Source of the DNA: Flavobacteriaceae bacterium
GTDB taxonomy: Bacteria; Bacteroidota; Bacteroidia; Flavobacteriales; Flavobacteriaceae
Direction of reading: 5' to 3'
Length of the DNA stretch: 32,000 bases
Assembly: GCA_965224465.1 (NCBI GenBank)
Contig: OZ245049.1
Coordinates: forward strand, 1,530,001 to 1,562,000
In this document: piece after piece, positions 1 to 9,278 of the stretch
Layout: every line of letters begins with the position of its first letter
Numbering within the stretch: the stretch's first letter is position 1
Program-made: the position numbers and the translations under genes
Notes under the pieces: generated by a model
The model's database searches: none
The model's input: the letters and a program-made list of their open reading frames with translations, nothing else
What the model was told of the DNA's origin: nothing

Positions 1-25
1 GTAAAAACAAACAAAAAACACGAAG

Positions 26-62
26 ACCGTTTAAAACACTTACCCGTAGTGTTTTAAACGGT
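26..62. terminator. Perfect 15-bp-stem hairpin, probably the terminator of a gene upstream of the window
   Basis: ACCGTTTAAAACACT (26-40) and AGTGTTTTAAACGGT (48-62) are exact reverse complements with a 7-nt loop. There is an A-rich run on the left and a T-rich tail on the right. Confidence 0.45.
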
Positions 63-130
63 TCATTCTTTACGAAAACCTTATAGTTAAAAAAAGACAC
101 TAAATATTTTAATAGGTAGCCGTAAATCAG

Positions 131-138
131 TAATTTTG
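131..138 (+). promoter_or_regulatory. Candidate Bacteroidota -7 box (TAatTTTG) upstream of pdhA
   Basis: TAATTTTG matches the TAnnTTTG consensus about 88 nt upstream of the ATG at 226. No clean -33 TTG is found at 19-nt spacing. Confidence 0.3.
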
Positions 139-225
139 CGGTTCGATGAATTTTATATTTAGCCGTAGAGTCTAACAAAACAAATTCCCCTTGTGGGGTG
201 TAAATAAACTTGAACAACAAAGTAG

Positions 226-1218
226 ATGAAAAAAATAACAAAAGCGACGTATTTAAAATGGTATAAAGACATGCTATTTTGGAGAAAATTTGAAGACAAA
301 TTAGCAGCCTTATACATCCAACAAAAAATACGTGGATTTTTACACCTTTACAATGGACAGGAAGCGGTATTAGCAGGAGCTTTACACGTAATGGAGAAAG
401 ATGACAAAATGATTACTGCTTACAGAAACCACGTACAACCAATTGGCTTAGGTGTGGATCCGAAAAGAATCATGGCAGAACTTTTAGGAAAAGCAACAGG
501 AACGTCTCAAGGTTTAGGTGGATCTATGCATATTTTCTCTCCGGAACACAACTTCTATGGAGGACATGGAATTGTTGGAGGTCAAATTCCTTTAGGTGCT
601 GGACTCGCTTTTGCTGATAAATATTTTGACAGAGAAGGAGTTACTTTGACTTATTTTGGTGATGGTGCTGCACGTCAAGGTTCTTTACACGAAACCTTTA
701 ACATGGCAATGAACTGGAAACTACCTGTCGTATTTATTTGTGAGAACAATGGATACGCAATGGGAACTTCTGTTTCTAGAACTGCAAATCATGAAGATAT
801 TTGGAAATTAGGATTGGGATACGAAATGCCTTGTGGAGAAGTAGACGGAATGGATCCTGTAGCTGTTGCAAAAGCAATGGACGAAGCAATTAAAAGAGCT
901 AGAAACGGAGACGGACCAACGCTATTAGATATAAAAACATACCGTTATAGAGGACACTCTATGAGTGATGCACAATTATACAGAACAAAAAAAGAGGTTG
1001 AAGAATACAAGAAAATTGACCCAATCAACCAAGTTTTGGAAGTAATTAGAGAAAAAAAATACGCTACGGAAGACGAAATCAAAGGGTTTATCGAAGATGT
1101 TAAAATTAAGGTTGCCGAATGTCAAGAATTTGCTGAAAATTCTCCATTCCCAGAAATCAGCGTAATGTATGATGCCGTTTATGAACAAGAAGATTATCCT
1201 TTTTTACCTCATAGATAA
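226..1218 (+). CDS. pdhA: Pyruvate dehydrogenase (acetyl-transferring) E1 component, alpha subunit
   Basis: 330-aa ORF with the thiamine-diphosphate motif GDGAARQG...ENNGYAMGT and the phospho-loop-like YRYRGHSMSD. It is followed by the E2 gene. Confidence 0.9.
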   Translation: MKKITKATYLKWYKDMLFWRKFEDKLAALYIQQKIRGFLHLYNGQEAVLAGALHVMEKDDKMITAYRNHVQPIGLGVDPKRIMAELLGKATGTSQGLGGSMHIFSPEHNFYGGHGIVGGQIPLGAGLAFADKYFDREGVTLTYFGDGAARQGSLHETFNMAMNWKLPVVFICENNGYAMGTSVSRTANHEDIWKLGLGYEMPCGEVDGMDPVAVAKAMDEAIKRARNGDGPTLLDIKTYRYRGHSMSDAQLYRTKKEVEEYKKIDPINQVLEVIREKKYATEDEIKGFIEDVKIKVAECQEFAENSPFPEISVMYDAVYEQEDYPFLPHR

Positions 1219-1280
1219 ATCTAATAAAACAACTAAAATCGAGACATCGCTTTTCGCGTATCTCATAAAAATATAAGTAT

Positions 1281-2543
1281 ATGGCAGAAATTATTACAAT
1301 GCCGCGTTTGAGCGACACAATGACAGAAGGGGTTGTTGCACAATGGTTAAAAAATGTAGGCGACGCTATTGAAGAAGGTGATATTTTAGCTGAAATCGAA
1401 ACTGATAAAGCTACAATGGAGTTCGAATCGTTTAACGAAGGGACTTTACTATATATCGGATTAAAAGAAGGAGTAAGTGCTCCCGTAGATTCTTTACTTG
1501 CCATTATTGGTGAAAAAGGAGAAAATATTGACGATTTAGTGGCTAATTTTGATAAGTCAACCGCTCCTGAATCTAGCGATGCTAAAGAAGAAACTCCTGT
1601 AGTTGAAGAAAAAGCCGCTCCAGTAGCTGCTGCCACTTCTACTCCTGCTGCTACAACTGCAATTGCTGCACAAGTAGTAAATACGGGTCGTATTTCAGCT
1701 TCTCCTTTGGCTAAAAAAATTGCTTCTGATAAAGGAATCAATTTAGCTACAGTAACTGGAACAGGAGAAAATGGTCGTGTGGTAAAACGCGATGTTGAAT
1801 TTTTTGTACCTATTACGGCTACTACAGCTCCTGCAGCTACAAACACGGTATCATTGGAAGATGAAAGCTTCGAAGAAATTAACAATTCTCAAATGAGAAA
1901 AGTAATTGCACGTCGTTTGACTGAATCTAAATTCTCTGCTCCTCATTATTACTTAATGTTGGACATTAATATGGACAATGCTATTGCTGCTCGTAAAGAA
2001 ATCAATGCATTGCCAGACACCAAAGTATCATTTAATGATATGGTTGTAAAAGCATGTGCAATGGCTTTGAAAAAACATCCTCAGGTAAACTCTCAATGGT
2101 TCGAAGATAAAATGAGAATCAATCACCATGTAAATATTGGAGTTGCTGTAGCCGTTGAAGACGGTTTAGTAGTACCTGTAATTATTGGAACTAACCACAA
2201 GAGCATGACTCAAATTGGTAGCGAAGTAAGAGACATGGCAGGAAGAGCAAAAGTTAAAAAATTAACACCAGCAGAAATGGATGGTAGTACTTTTACGGTT
2301 TCTAACTTAGGAATGTTCGGAATTACCGAATTTACTTCTATCATTAACCAACCTAACTCTGCAATCTTATCTGTAGGTGCAATTGTTCAAAAACCTGTTG
2401 TTAAAAACGGTGAAATTGTTGTTGGAAATGAAATGAAAATCACGCTTGCTTGTGACCACCGTACAGTAGATGGTGCAACAGCTGCTGCATTTTTACAAAC
2501 ACTAAAACAATTTATAGAGAACCCTGTAACTATGCTTGCATAA
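1281..2543 (+). CDS. pdhC: Dihydrolipoamide acetyltransferase (E2) of the pyruvate dehydrogenase complex
   Basis: N-terminal lipoyl domain (EIETDKATMEFE), Ala/Pro-rich linkers, E3-binding segment (SPLAKKIASDKGINL) and catalytic CDHRTVDGA motif. Confidence 0.9.
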   Translation: MAEIITMPRLSDTMTEGVVAQWLKNVGDAIEEGDILAEIETDKATMEFESFNEGTLLYIGLKEGVSAPVDSLLAIIGEKGENIDDLVANFDKSTAPESSDAKEETPVVEEKAAPVAAATSTPAATTAIAAQVVNTGRISASPLAKKIASDKGINLATVTGTGENGRVVKRDVEFFVPITATTAPAATNTVSLEDESFEEINNSQMRKVIARRLTESKFSAPHYYLMLDINMDNAIAARKEINALPDTKVSFNDMVVKACAMALKKHPQVNSQWFEDKMRINHHVNIGVAVAVEDGLVVPVIIGTNHKSMTQIGSEVRDMAGRAKVKKLTPAEMDGSTFTVSNLGMFGITEFTSIINQPNSAILSVGAIVQKPVVKNGEIVVGNEMKITLACDHRTVDGATAAAFLQTLKQFIENPVTMLA

Positions 2544-2568
2544 GGACAGTTTCTTTTTAAACATATTT

Positions 2569-2610
2569 AAAACACCTAAATTGCACTGTGCTTTTTAGGT
2601 GTTTTTTGTT
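2569..2610 (+). terminator. Rho-independent terminator after the E2 gene
   Basis: 12-bp stem (AAAACACCTAAA / TTTAGGTGTTTT) with a 13-nt loop, followed by a T-run, 26 nt after the stop codon. Confidence 0.7.
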
Positions 2611-2614
2611 ACTT

Positions 2615-2662
2615 ATACCAATTACATTTCAAAATAACGTCACTTGGAAATGTATTTGGCAT
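2615..2662 (+). repeat. Collapsed 48-bp copy of the ~160-bp repeat family (R160), with only the two termini joined into a hairpin
   Basis: ATACCAATTACATTTCAAAATAAC joined to GTCACTTGGAAATGTATTTGGCAT. These match the 5' and 3' ends of the full copies, and the arms are inverted repeats of each other. Confidence 0.7.
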
Positions 2663-2985
2663 TATAAATAGAGGTTCGTAATTTTAACAGGGTTCTAGAT
2701 AAAAGACATAAATAAGGACAAATGGACTTAGGACTTTTAGATTCGTAGGTACATAGACTCAAAATAAGGAGGCTTTACGCAGCGGGTGTTGTCTTTTAAA
2801 GTGGCACTGCTTGACCATAATCAGTGGCGTAGACCAACCATAAGAGCCAAAGAAAAATCATCGAAACATTGTACCGAGATTACATTCGTTACAATCAAAA
2901 TCAGCATAAACAAATAAAAACCAACCCCACTTCATTATTTCCTTTTGGGAAACCCGTAGACTGAGGAGGGTTAGCAACTAAAAAC

Positions 2986-3552
2986 ATGAACCACAAGCAC
3001 TTTAAACTATTCAAACCCTACGGGTATATTAGCCAGTTTAAATACGATCTCAAACGTAAAAAAAAGCTCTTAGGCGAACTCTTTGATTTCCCCGAAGGAA
3101 CAATGGCTATTGGACGGTTAGACGAAGACTCCGAAGGCTTATTATTATTGACTACTGACGGCAAAGTAAGTCAGCAAATACGCAGCAGAAAGGTAGAAAA
3201 AGAATATTACGCACAAGTTGATGGATTGATTACAGAAACCGCATTAAATCTACTAAAAAACGGGGTAGAAATAGGTGTAGAAGGTGTAAAATACATGACA
3301 AAACCTTGTAAATCTTTTCAATTAACAGAAACTCCAGAATTACCAAAACGTGCAAAAAAAATACGGGACGAACGCCACGGTCCAACTTCCTGGGTATCTA
3401 TTACTGTTACTGAAGGGAAATTTAGACAAGTTCGTAAAATGACAGCTGCCGTTGGTTTCCCAACCTTACGCCTGGTACGCGTACGCATCCATGATATAAC
3501 TATTAGTGGCATGAATGCAGGGGACGTATCCCCTATTGATTACAATTTATAG
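2986..3552 (+). CDS. Pseudouridine synthase, RsuA/RluE family (no S4 domain)
   Basis: Catalytic-Asp motif GRLDEDSEGLLLLTTDG and downstream KEY...V and GKFRQVRKM motifs typical of the RsuA/RluB/E/F family. 188 aa. Confidence 0.8.
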   Translation: MNHKHFKLFKPYGYISQFKYDLKRKKKLLGELFDFPEGTMAIGRLDEDSEGLLLLTTDGKVSQQIRSRKVEKEYYAQVDGLITETALNLLKNGVEIGVEGVKYMTKPCKSFQLTETPELPKRAKKIRDERHGPTSWVSITVTEGKFRQVRKMTAAVGFPTLRLVRVRIHDITISGMNAGDVSPIDYNL

Positions 3553-3629
3553 AGTTGCAATGTAGTATGGCATTACCAACCGACAGTATAAGAATAAAAG
3601 CAGCTGTAAAAGTTCTTATTTTCAGCTCT

Positions 3630-4283
3630 CTAATCTTTCAATTCTGTCTTAAATAATTTATCCCAAAAAAACGTGTAAAACCCAAAATTCTTATTTTTAA
3701 GCCTGTGATGCGCTTTATGAAATGTATTTGTAGTAAAAACAAACAAAAAGGGTTTATAGAGGTTGCCATTTAAATGTGTGATTACACCATACAGCCAATT
3801 GAAAATTAAAAACAAAATAAAACCGTAAAGATTAAACTGAAACAATACGGTTACCAGAGTTAACAACAGCCCAAAAAACACAGACTCCAAAGGTGACATA
3901 TAGTATAAACTGACACTGTTAAATCTATCCGAATGCTCGTGATGCTTTGAATGAATTTTGTTTAAGACACCAATACTATGAGATAAATAATGTAAAACAT
4001 ACATCAAGAAATCCATCAACAAGAATACACTAACAAACGAAATCCAAACACTTGATTTAGAAAATATTATCAGCCCTTCAGCCCATAACAGGTATCCAGG
4101 TATGGCTATAATAATATTAATACATAAAATAAGAATTGAATCTACTACTTCCTTTTTCAATAGGGTTTCTTGATAATTAAATATCTTATTCCATAACTTA
4201 CTGATCGCAATAGTTAAGCAATATGCAATAACATTTGCTACTATTAGTACTGGGAAAAAAGTAAAAGGATCTTTTAAGTCCAT
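3630..4283 (-). CDS. Fatty acid hydroxylase / sterol desaturase superfamily membrane protein
   Basis: Multi-TM 217-aa ORF with histidine boxes HYLSH, HSKHHEH and HKAHH. Confidence 0.7.
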   Translation of the reverse strand: MDLKDPFTFFPVLIVANVIAYCLTIAISKLWNKIFNYQETLLKKEVVDSILILCINIIIAIPGYLLWAEGLIIFSKSSVWISFVSVFLLMDFLMYVLHYLSHSIGVLNKIHSKHHEHSDRFNSVSLYYMSPLESVFFGLLLTLVTVLFQFNLYGFILFLIFNWLYGVITHLNGNLYKPFLFVFTTNTFHKAHHRLKNKNFGFYTFFWDKLFKTELKD

Positions 4284-4309
4284 ATTATATTCACTGTTTT
4301 AAGACATGA

Positions 4310-5434
4310 GCTGAATTCAAGTCACAAACGCAACTTTTAGTTAAATAATAATTGTTCCATTACAAATATAGGGTTTTGATATTTATGTCTCTTCCTAGGT
4401 CTGTTATTTAATTTTGTTTCTACCTCTTTGATTCTTTGATCTGTTAGGTTTGTAAAGTCACTTCCTTTGGCAAAATATTGTCTAATCAAACCATTTAAAT
4501 TTTCGTTAGATCCTCTTTCCCAAGAGTGATATGGATGCGCAAAAAAGTAATCAATACATAAATTTTCTGCAACCTGCTCATGGCCTGCAAATTCTTTTCC
4601 ATTATCAGCTGTTATAGTATGTAGATAAGGCTTCCAGTCTTCTAATATTTCATTGATAGCTTTAGTGACAACAACTGCTTCTTTAGAGCTTACTTTTTTC
4701 ATTTTAAGCATTCCAGAAGCTCTATCGTTTACGGTAAGTATGGCTTGATTATGGTTTTTACCTATGATTAAATCGACCTCTAAATCTCCAAATCGATTTC
4801 TTTGTTCAACAACTTCAGGGCGTTGTTCTATACTAATACGATTCTTTATAACCCCTCTAGAATCCTTTGATGAGCCACGTTTTCTATATCTCCTTCCCTG
4901 TCTGCGAAGGTGTGTATGTAAATCACCATCATTCCTCTTGTCTTCCCTAATATGCTGATATATACGCTCAATAGACACCGTTTCTTTACCTTGTTTTTTT
5001 AGGACACCAACTACTTGCTCAGGACTATAATCGTCTCGCAATAACAACTCTATTGCTTGTTGAATATCTTCTGTAAAGCGTTTTCTTTTAGGCTTTTCTT
5101 TATGACGTTTAGCATACTTTTTTTGGGCTAATTCATGCTTGTAAACTCCATTTCTTTTGTCTGAATTACGCTTAATCTCTTTGCTAATAACAGACTTGTC
5201 TTTTCCTATAGCAGCTGCTATCTCAACCTGTTTATAACCTTGTTTTAACATGCAACAAATTGTGTATCTTTGCGCTTGGGTGATGTGTTTCATACAACTT
5301 CTTTTTTCGAGATTTGAGACCGTAAGATACATATCCATCAAGACAAGAAAGGTAGGTTTTCCTACTTTTCTGTTTTGAAAATATAACCATCATAGAATCA
5401 AATCGAAAAGTTGCGTTTATTAGTTGAATTTAAG
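4310..5434 (-). mobile_element. IS30-family insertion sequence, copy 1 (1125 bp)
   Basis: Boundaries were set by comparing the three copies. Imperfect terminal inverted repeats CTTAAATTCAACTAATAAACGCAACTTTT and GCTGAATTCAAGTCACAAACGCAACTTTT match at 22 of 29 positions. Flanked by a GA dinucleotide on both sides. Confidence 0.85.
4337..5341 (-). CDS. IS30-family transposase
   Basis: 334 aa with an N-terminal HTH and a DDE core containing the IS30-typical segment RNRFGDLEVDLIIGKNHNQAILTVNDRASG. Identical or 1 aa different from the other two copies. Confidence 0.9.
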   Translation of the reverse strand: MMDMYLTVSNLEKRSCMKHITQAQRYTICCMLKQGYKQVEIAAAIGKDKSVISKEIKRNSDKRNGVYKHELAQKKYAKRHKEKPKRKRFTEDIQQAIELLLRDDYSPEQVVGVLKKQGKETVSIERIYQHIREDKRNDGDLHTHLRRQGRRYRKRGSSKDSRGVIKNRISIEQRPEVVEQRNRFGDLEVDLIIGKNHNQAILTVNDRASGMLKMKKVSSKEAVVVTKAINEILEDWKPYLHTITADNGKEFAGHEQVAENLCIDYFFAHPYHSWERGSNENLNGLIRQYFAKGSDFTNLTDQRIKEVETKLNNRPRKRHKYQNPIFVMEQLLFN

Positions 5435-5462
5435 GAACTATTTATCGAACTTGTATAAATAG

Positions 5463-6730
5463 GGTTCTACCACGAATGTTGTGGAATTAGTATCTTTACC
5501 TCAAAAAGATGTTTTCAACAAAACTGTTTGAGTTACTATTAAATTTAGGAACAGATTGGAAGGTTTGTGATGTAAAAGTTAATTATCTAGATTCAGAAAT
5601 AGACATATTTATAGACTATCTACCAACAAGAGCATCTTGTCCAGACACAGAAGAGTTGTGTAGTATTTATGATCATAGAAGTACTCGTAGATGGCGTCAT
5701 TTAGACACCTTACAATTCAAAACCTACATTAATTGTAAAGTCCCAAGAGTTAAGTCAACTAAAGGCGTTAAAACGATAACGGTACCATGGGCTAGTAATT
5801 TTTATCGTCATACTTACCTATTTGAAAGGCTAACTATAGACTTATTGAAAGCAACAAGAAATCAAACTCAAACGGCTAAACTATTACGTTGTGGCTTTAA
5901 TATTGTAAACCGAATCATACATACTTCTGTAAAAAGAGGGCTTTCTAATAGGTCAGAAAACCAAAGATTTTCTCATCTAAGTATAGATGAAAAAGCTTTC
6001 AAAAAGGGGCATAACTATGTGACTGTAGTTAGTGATCCGAGTACAGGAATTGTAATTGATGTTGCAGAAGGTAGGACTAAAAAAGAGACTAAAATTTTAC
6101 TTGAAAAGATTGTAAATGAGATAAATAGAGATGAAGTAGAGACTGTCTCTATTGACATGTGGAAGGCCTATTTATCGTCAGTAAAAGAAGTTTTTCCAAA
6201 AGCGAAAGTTGTCCATGATCGATTTCACTTAGTAAAGTACTTAAATGATGCTATAGATAAAGTTCGCAGACGTGAAGTGAAAAAAGAAGAAGGTCTTAAA
6301 AATAGTAGATTTGTATTGCTTAAAAATAAAGAAAACTTAACGGATAAACAAAGAGTATTATTTGACAAAATACAAGAAGCAAATTATCAAGCAAGCAAAG
6401 CATGGTTAGCTAAAGAAAATTTTAAAAATATATTTAGAAGTCCATCCTTGAAAGTTGCTTTAAGTCTTTTTATCAAATGGGGAGCAAGTGTTTTGGAAAC
6501 AAAAATTAAAGAAATTATAAAGGTTGCTAGGATGTTTAATAACCATATAGAAGGGGTGTGTAATGCAATGGTTGAGACTGCTTCTAATGCAATGGCAGAA
6601 AGACTAAATGGTAAAATACAAGAAATAAAATCTATTGGTAAAGGCTACAGGACTTTCGTGAATTTTAGAAGTGCAATACTGTTTTTTAATGGAGGTTTAG
6701 ATTTATACCCACACAAATCGTGGTAGAACC
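5463..6730 (+). mobile_element. ISL3-family insertion sequence, copy 1 (1268 bp) with 8-bp target duplication ATAAATAG
   Basis: Inverted ends GGTTCTACCACGAATGTTGTGG and CCACACAAATCGTGGTAGAACC. ATAAATAG occurs at 5455-5462 and 6731-6738. Confidence 0.9.
5509..6726 (+). CDS. ISL3-family transposase
   Basis: 405-aa ORF filling the element, with an N-terminal zinc-finger-like region and a DDE domain. About 97% identical to the 14321-15538 copy. Confidence 0.85.
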   Translation: MFSTKLFELLLNLGTDWKVCDVKVNYLDSEIDIFIDYLPTRASCPDTEELCSIYDHRSTRRWRHLDTLQFKTYINCKVPRVKSTKGVKTITVPWASNFYRHTYLFERLTIDLLKATRNQTQTAKLLRCGFNIVNRIIHTSVKRGLSNRSENQRFSHLSIDEKAFKKGHNYVTVVSDPSTGIVIDVAEGRTKKETKILLEKIVNEINRDEVETVSIDMWKAYLSSVKEVFPKAKVVHDRFHLVKYLNDAIDKVRRREVKKEEGLKNSRFVLLKNKENLTDKQRVLFDKIQEANYQASKAWLAKENFKNIFRSPSLKVALSLFIKWGASVLETKIKEIIKVARMFNNHIEGVCNAMVETASNAMAERLNGKIQEIKSIGKGYRTFVNFRSAILFFNGGLDLYPHKSW

Positions 6731-6973
6731 ATAAATAGTATGATTTATCAAAGCGGTTATTCCTAAATGATTCCCAAAAAGGTCAATAACTCTAGTTACT
6801 TTAAGACTATTAGGTTCAAGTATTTCTTCCCGAATAGCTATGTAAGTGATGATTTTATTTTTTTTTAAAAAACCATACACCTTGTAACTAATAAAAGGAT
6901 TGTTAAACAATCTCCAATTCAAAAAATCTGCACTTCTATTTGTTGTAATTATTGAGTTAACATTTAAATCAAA
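6731..6973 (-). pseudogene. Middle fragment of an IS-disrupted GNAT-like gene
   Basis: Reading frame FDLNVNSIITTNRSADFLNWRLF...LINHTIY continues the 8099-8710 fragment in frame once IS30 copy 2 and one AAA duplication are removed. The ORF-track entry 6686-6997 is a chimera with IS ends. Confidence 0.75.
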
Positions 6974-8098
6974 CTTAAATTCAACTAATAAACGCAACTT
7001 TTCGATTTGATTCTATGATGGTTATATTTTCAAAACAGAAAAGTAGGAAAACCTACCTTTCTTGTCTTGATGGATATGTATCTTACGGTCTCAAATCTCG
7101 AAAAAAGAAGTTGTATGAAACACATCACCCAAGCGCAAAGATACACAATTTGTTGCATGTTAAAACAAGGTTATAAACAGGTTGAGATAGCAGCTGCTAT
7201 AGGAAAAGACAAGTCTGTTATTAGCAAAGAGATTAAGCGTAATTCAGACAAAAGAAATGGAGTTTACAAGCATGAATTAGCCCAAAAAAAGTATGCTAAA
7301 CGTCATAAAGAAAAGCCTAAAAGAAAACGCTTTACAGAAGATATTCAACAAGCAATAGAGTTGTTATTGCGAGACGATTATAGTCCTGAGCAAGTAGTTG
7401 GTGTCCTAAAAAAACAAGGTAAAGAAACGGTGTCTATTGAGCGTATATATCAGCATATTAGGGAAGACAAGAGGAATGATGGTGATTTACATACACACCT
7501 TCGCAGACAGGGAAGGAGATATAGAAAACGTGGCTCATCAAAGGATTCTAGAGGGGTTATAAAGAATCGTATTAGTATAGAACAACGCCCTGAAGTTGTT
7601 GAACAAAGAAATCGATTTGGAGATTTAGAGGTCGATTTAATCATAGGTAAAAACCATAATCAAGCCATACTTACCGTAAATGATAGAGCTTCTGGAATGC
7701 TTAAAATGAAAAAAGTAAGCTCTAAAGAAGCAGTTGTTGTCACTAAAGCTATCAATGAAATATTAGAAGACTGGAAGCCTTATCTACATACTATAACAGC
7801 TGATAATGGAAAAGAATTTGCAGGCCATGAGCAGGTTGCAGAAAATATATGTATTGATTACTTTTTTGCGCATCCATATCACTCTTGGGAAAGAGGATCT
7901 AACGAAAATTTAAATGGTTTGATTAGACAATATTTTGCCAAAGGAAGTGACTTTACAAACCTAACAGATCAAAGAATCAAAGAGGTAGAAACAAAATTAA
8001 ATAACAGACCTAGGAAGAGACATAAATATCAAAACCCTATATTTGTAATGGAACAATTATTATTTAACTAAAAGTTGCGTTTGTGACTTGAATTCAGC
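6974..8098 (+). mobile_element. IS30-family insertion sequence, copy 2 (1125 bp), flanked by AAA/AAA
   Basis: Same ends as copies 1 and 3. AAA occurs at 6971-6973 and 8099-8101, consistent with the 2-3 bp duplications of IS30 elements. Confidence 0.85.
7067..8071 (+). CDS. IS30-family transposase
   Basis: 334 aa, differing from copies 1 and 3 by one residue (AENICIDY versus AENLCIDY). Confidence 0.9.
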   Translation: MMDMYLTVSNLEKRSCMKHITQAQRYTICCMLKQGYKQVEIAAAIGKDKSVISKEIKRNSDKRNGVYKHELAQKKYAKRHKEKPKRKRFTEDIQQAIELLLRDDYSPEQVVGVLKKQGKETVSIERIYQHIREDKRNDGDLHTHLRRQGRRYRKRGSSKDSRGVIKNRISIEQRPEVVEQRNRFGDLEVDLIIGKNHNQAILTVNDRASGMLKMKKVSSKEAVVVTKAINEILEDWKPYLHTITADNGKEFAGHEQVAENICIDYFFAHPYHSWERGSNENLNGLIRQYFAKGSDFTNLTDQRIKEVETKLNNRPRKRHKYQNPIFVMEQLLFN

Positions 8099-8710
8099 AA
8101 AATAAAAATCCTTGAAATTTCCCTTAGTTAACTCAACAATGTCTTCATTATTAGAAATCTCACTTTGCAAATCATGAATCTTAAGAAGTTTTTTGGCTTC
8201 TTCTATATCGTAATCTAGTTGAACAGAAATATCAAAAGCTCTTGAATCAAAAGCATAAATAAATCTATTTAATGTTTTTTTAAAAAAAATATTATACCCT
8301 AATTTTTCATAAAAGGATGGTGCATCAAAAGGCATGCCTATCACTGCGTTTACCTTATTATTATTATTATTATGAATAAAATTTACTATCTTACTATTGA
8401 TTTGTTTACCTCTCCATTCTGGAAGCGTATAAGCATTAACTCCCCAAATTAGAGGTATGATTTTCTGATTTAGTTTTAGCTCATAAAAAAGACCTCCATA
8501 ATGTGATACAATTTCTCCTTCAGGACTAATTGCAATTAAAGAATGACTAAAAGGGTCGGTTTTTCTGTTAAATGAATCAAAATAATATCGTAAGAAACTT
8601 TTATCTTGAAAAACAGTTTGATTACCATATGCTTTAATGAAAAACTTCGTTAAATTTTCAATATCAGCAACCTGAGCTTTTCTAATTAAAACCCCTTCAT
8701 TTTCTTTCAT
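8099..8710 (-). pseudogene. N-terminal 204 codons of an IS-disrupted GNAT-family acetyltransferase-like gene
   Basis: The GNAT-like N-terminus MKENEGVLIRKAQVADIENL... runs through WRGKQINSKIV. The last 12 codons of ORF 8060-8710 (AEFKSQTQLLVK) are encoded by the IS30 end. Confidence 0.8.
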
Positions 8711-8765
8711 GAAATTTATCTTTTAATTTGCATTTCAACACCTTGCCCATAACACCTCTATATCC

Positions 8766-8822
8766 ACAATAACAAACCAAAACTTGACGTTATTTCCGTA
8801 ATAACTACAATAGCGTTGTGCA
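8766..8822 (+). repeat. Possible degenerate 5' portion of an R160 copy
   Basis: ACAATAACAAACCAAAAC...TAGCGTTGTG resembles the copy at 24152 (ACAATTACAAACCAAAATG...TAGCGTTGTT) with similar spacing. It is weakly conserved. Confidence 0.3.
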
Positions 8823-9132
8823 TATTTTTATTTTAAAATCCGCAATATACGGTATACAGCGTTCTTCAAATATACAAAAGACATCCTTTCCCTACACTAA
8901 TCTTTTAATTATTTTCAGTAAAGCCCCCTCGCATTAACCGCTGTTTTTCAGCACCTCAACAAGAGCACTCGTTCTTATCCTAAACGTAGTTTTTTTATAT
9001 TAGATAGAATCGCTGTTTTACGGGGAACATATAGGCGTATTAGTAGTTTTTAGGTGTTTACTAGCTTGTTTAGATTATTTTTTTTGCGTTTTTGGAGGTG
9101 TACAGAGAAGGAATTGGGGTTTTATTGCGGCA

Positions 9133-9270
9133 ACAAATTACAACCCAAAATAACCGATGTAAATAGTTTATCATACGACCTAGGATAGCAAGGCTATCCA
9201 TCCATTCTTCGCCTAGCTATAACAAAAAATAATTCCATTTCTAAACTGGCACTTGAAAATGCATTTGAAT
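9133..9270 (+). repeat. R160 repeat, copy A (internal ~19-nt deletion)
   Basis: ACAAATTACAACCCAAAATAACCGATGTAAATAGTTT...GGCTATCCATCCATTCTTCGCCTAGCTATAACAAAAAATAATTCCATTTCTAAACTGGCACTTGAAAATGCATTTGAAT. Confidence 0.8.
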
Positions 9271-9278
9271 TAGTTGCC

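Noticed and set aside
1157-1885. 242-aa minus-strand ORF.
   Set aside because: It lies antisense to the well-supported E2 gene. Its Ala/Ser/Val-rich low-complexity translation is the mirror of the E2 Ala/Pro linkers, so it is a shadow ORF.
4764-4958. Identical 64-aa ORFs antisense within each IS30 transposase gene (also 7450-7644 and 12775-12969).
   Set aside because: Their repetition simply reflects IS identity. The sequence is Ser/Cys/Leu-rich and unlike a real protein, and no start context supports it.
6686-6997. 103-aa ORF presented as a gene.
   Set aside because: Its first 8 codons come from the IS30 copy 2 end and its last 15 or so codons from the ISL3 copy 1 end. Only the middle is genuine, being a pseudogene fragment.
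4310-8098. Two inverted IS30 copies flanking an ISL3 and gene fragments looked like a composite transposon.
   Set aside because: The DNA between and outside the copies is one contiguous gene that reassembles in frame. Each IS also has its own flanking duplication, so these are independent in-situ insertions.
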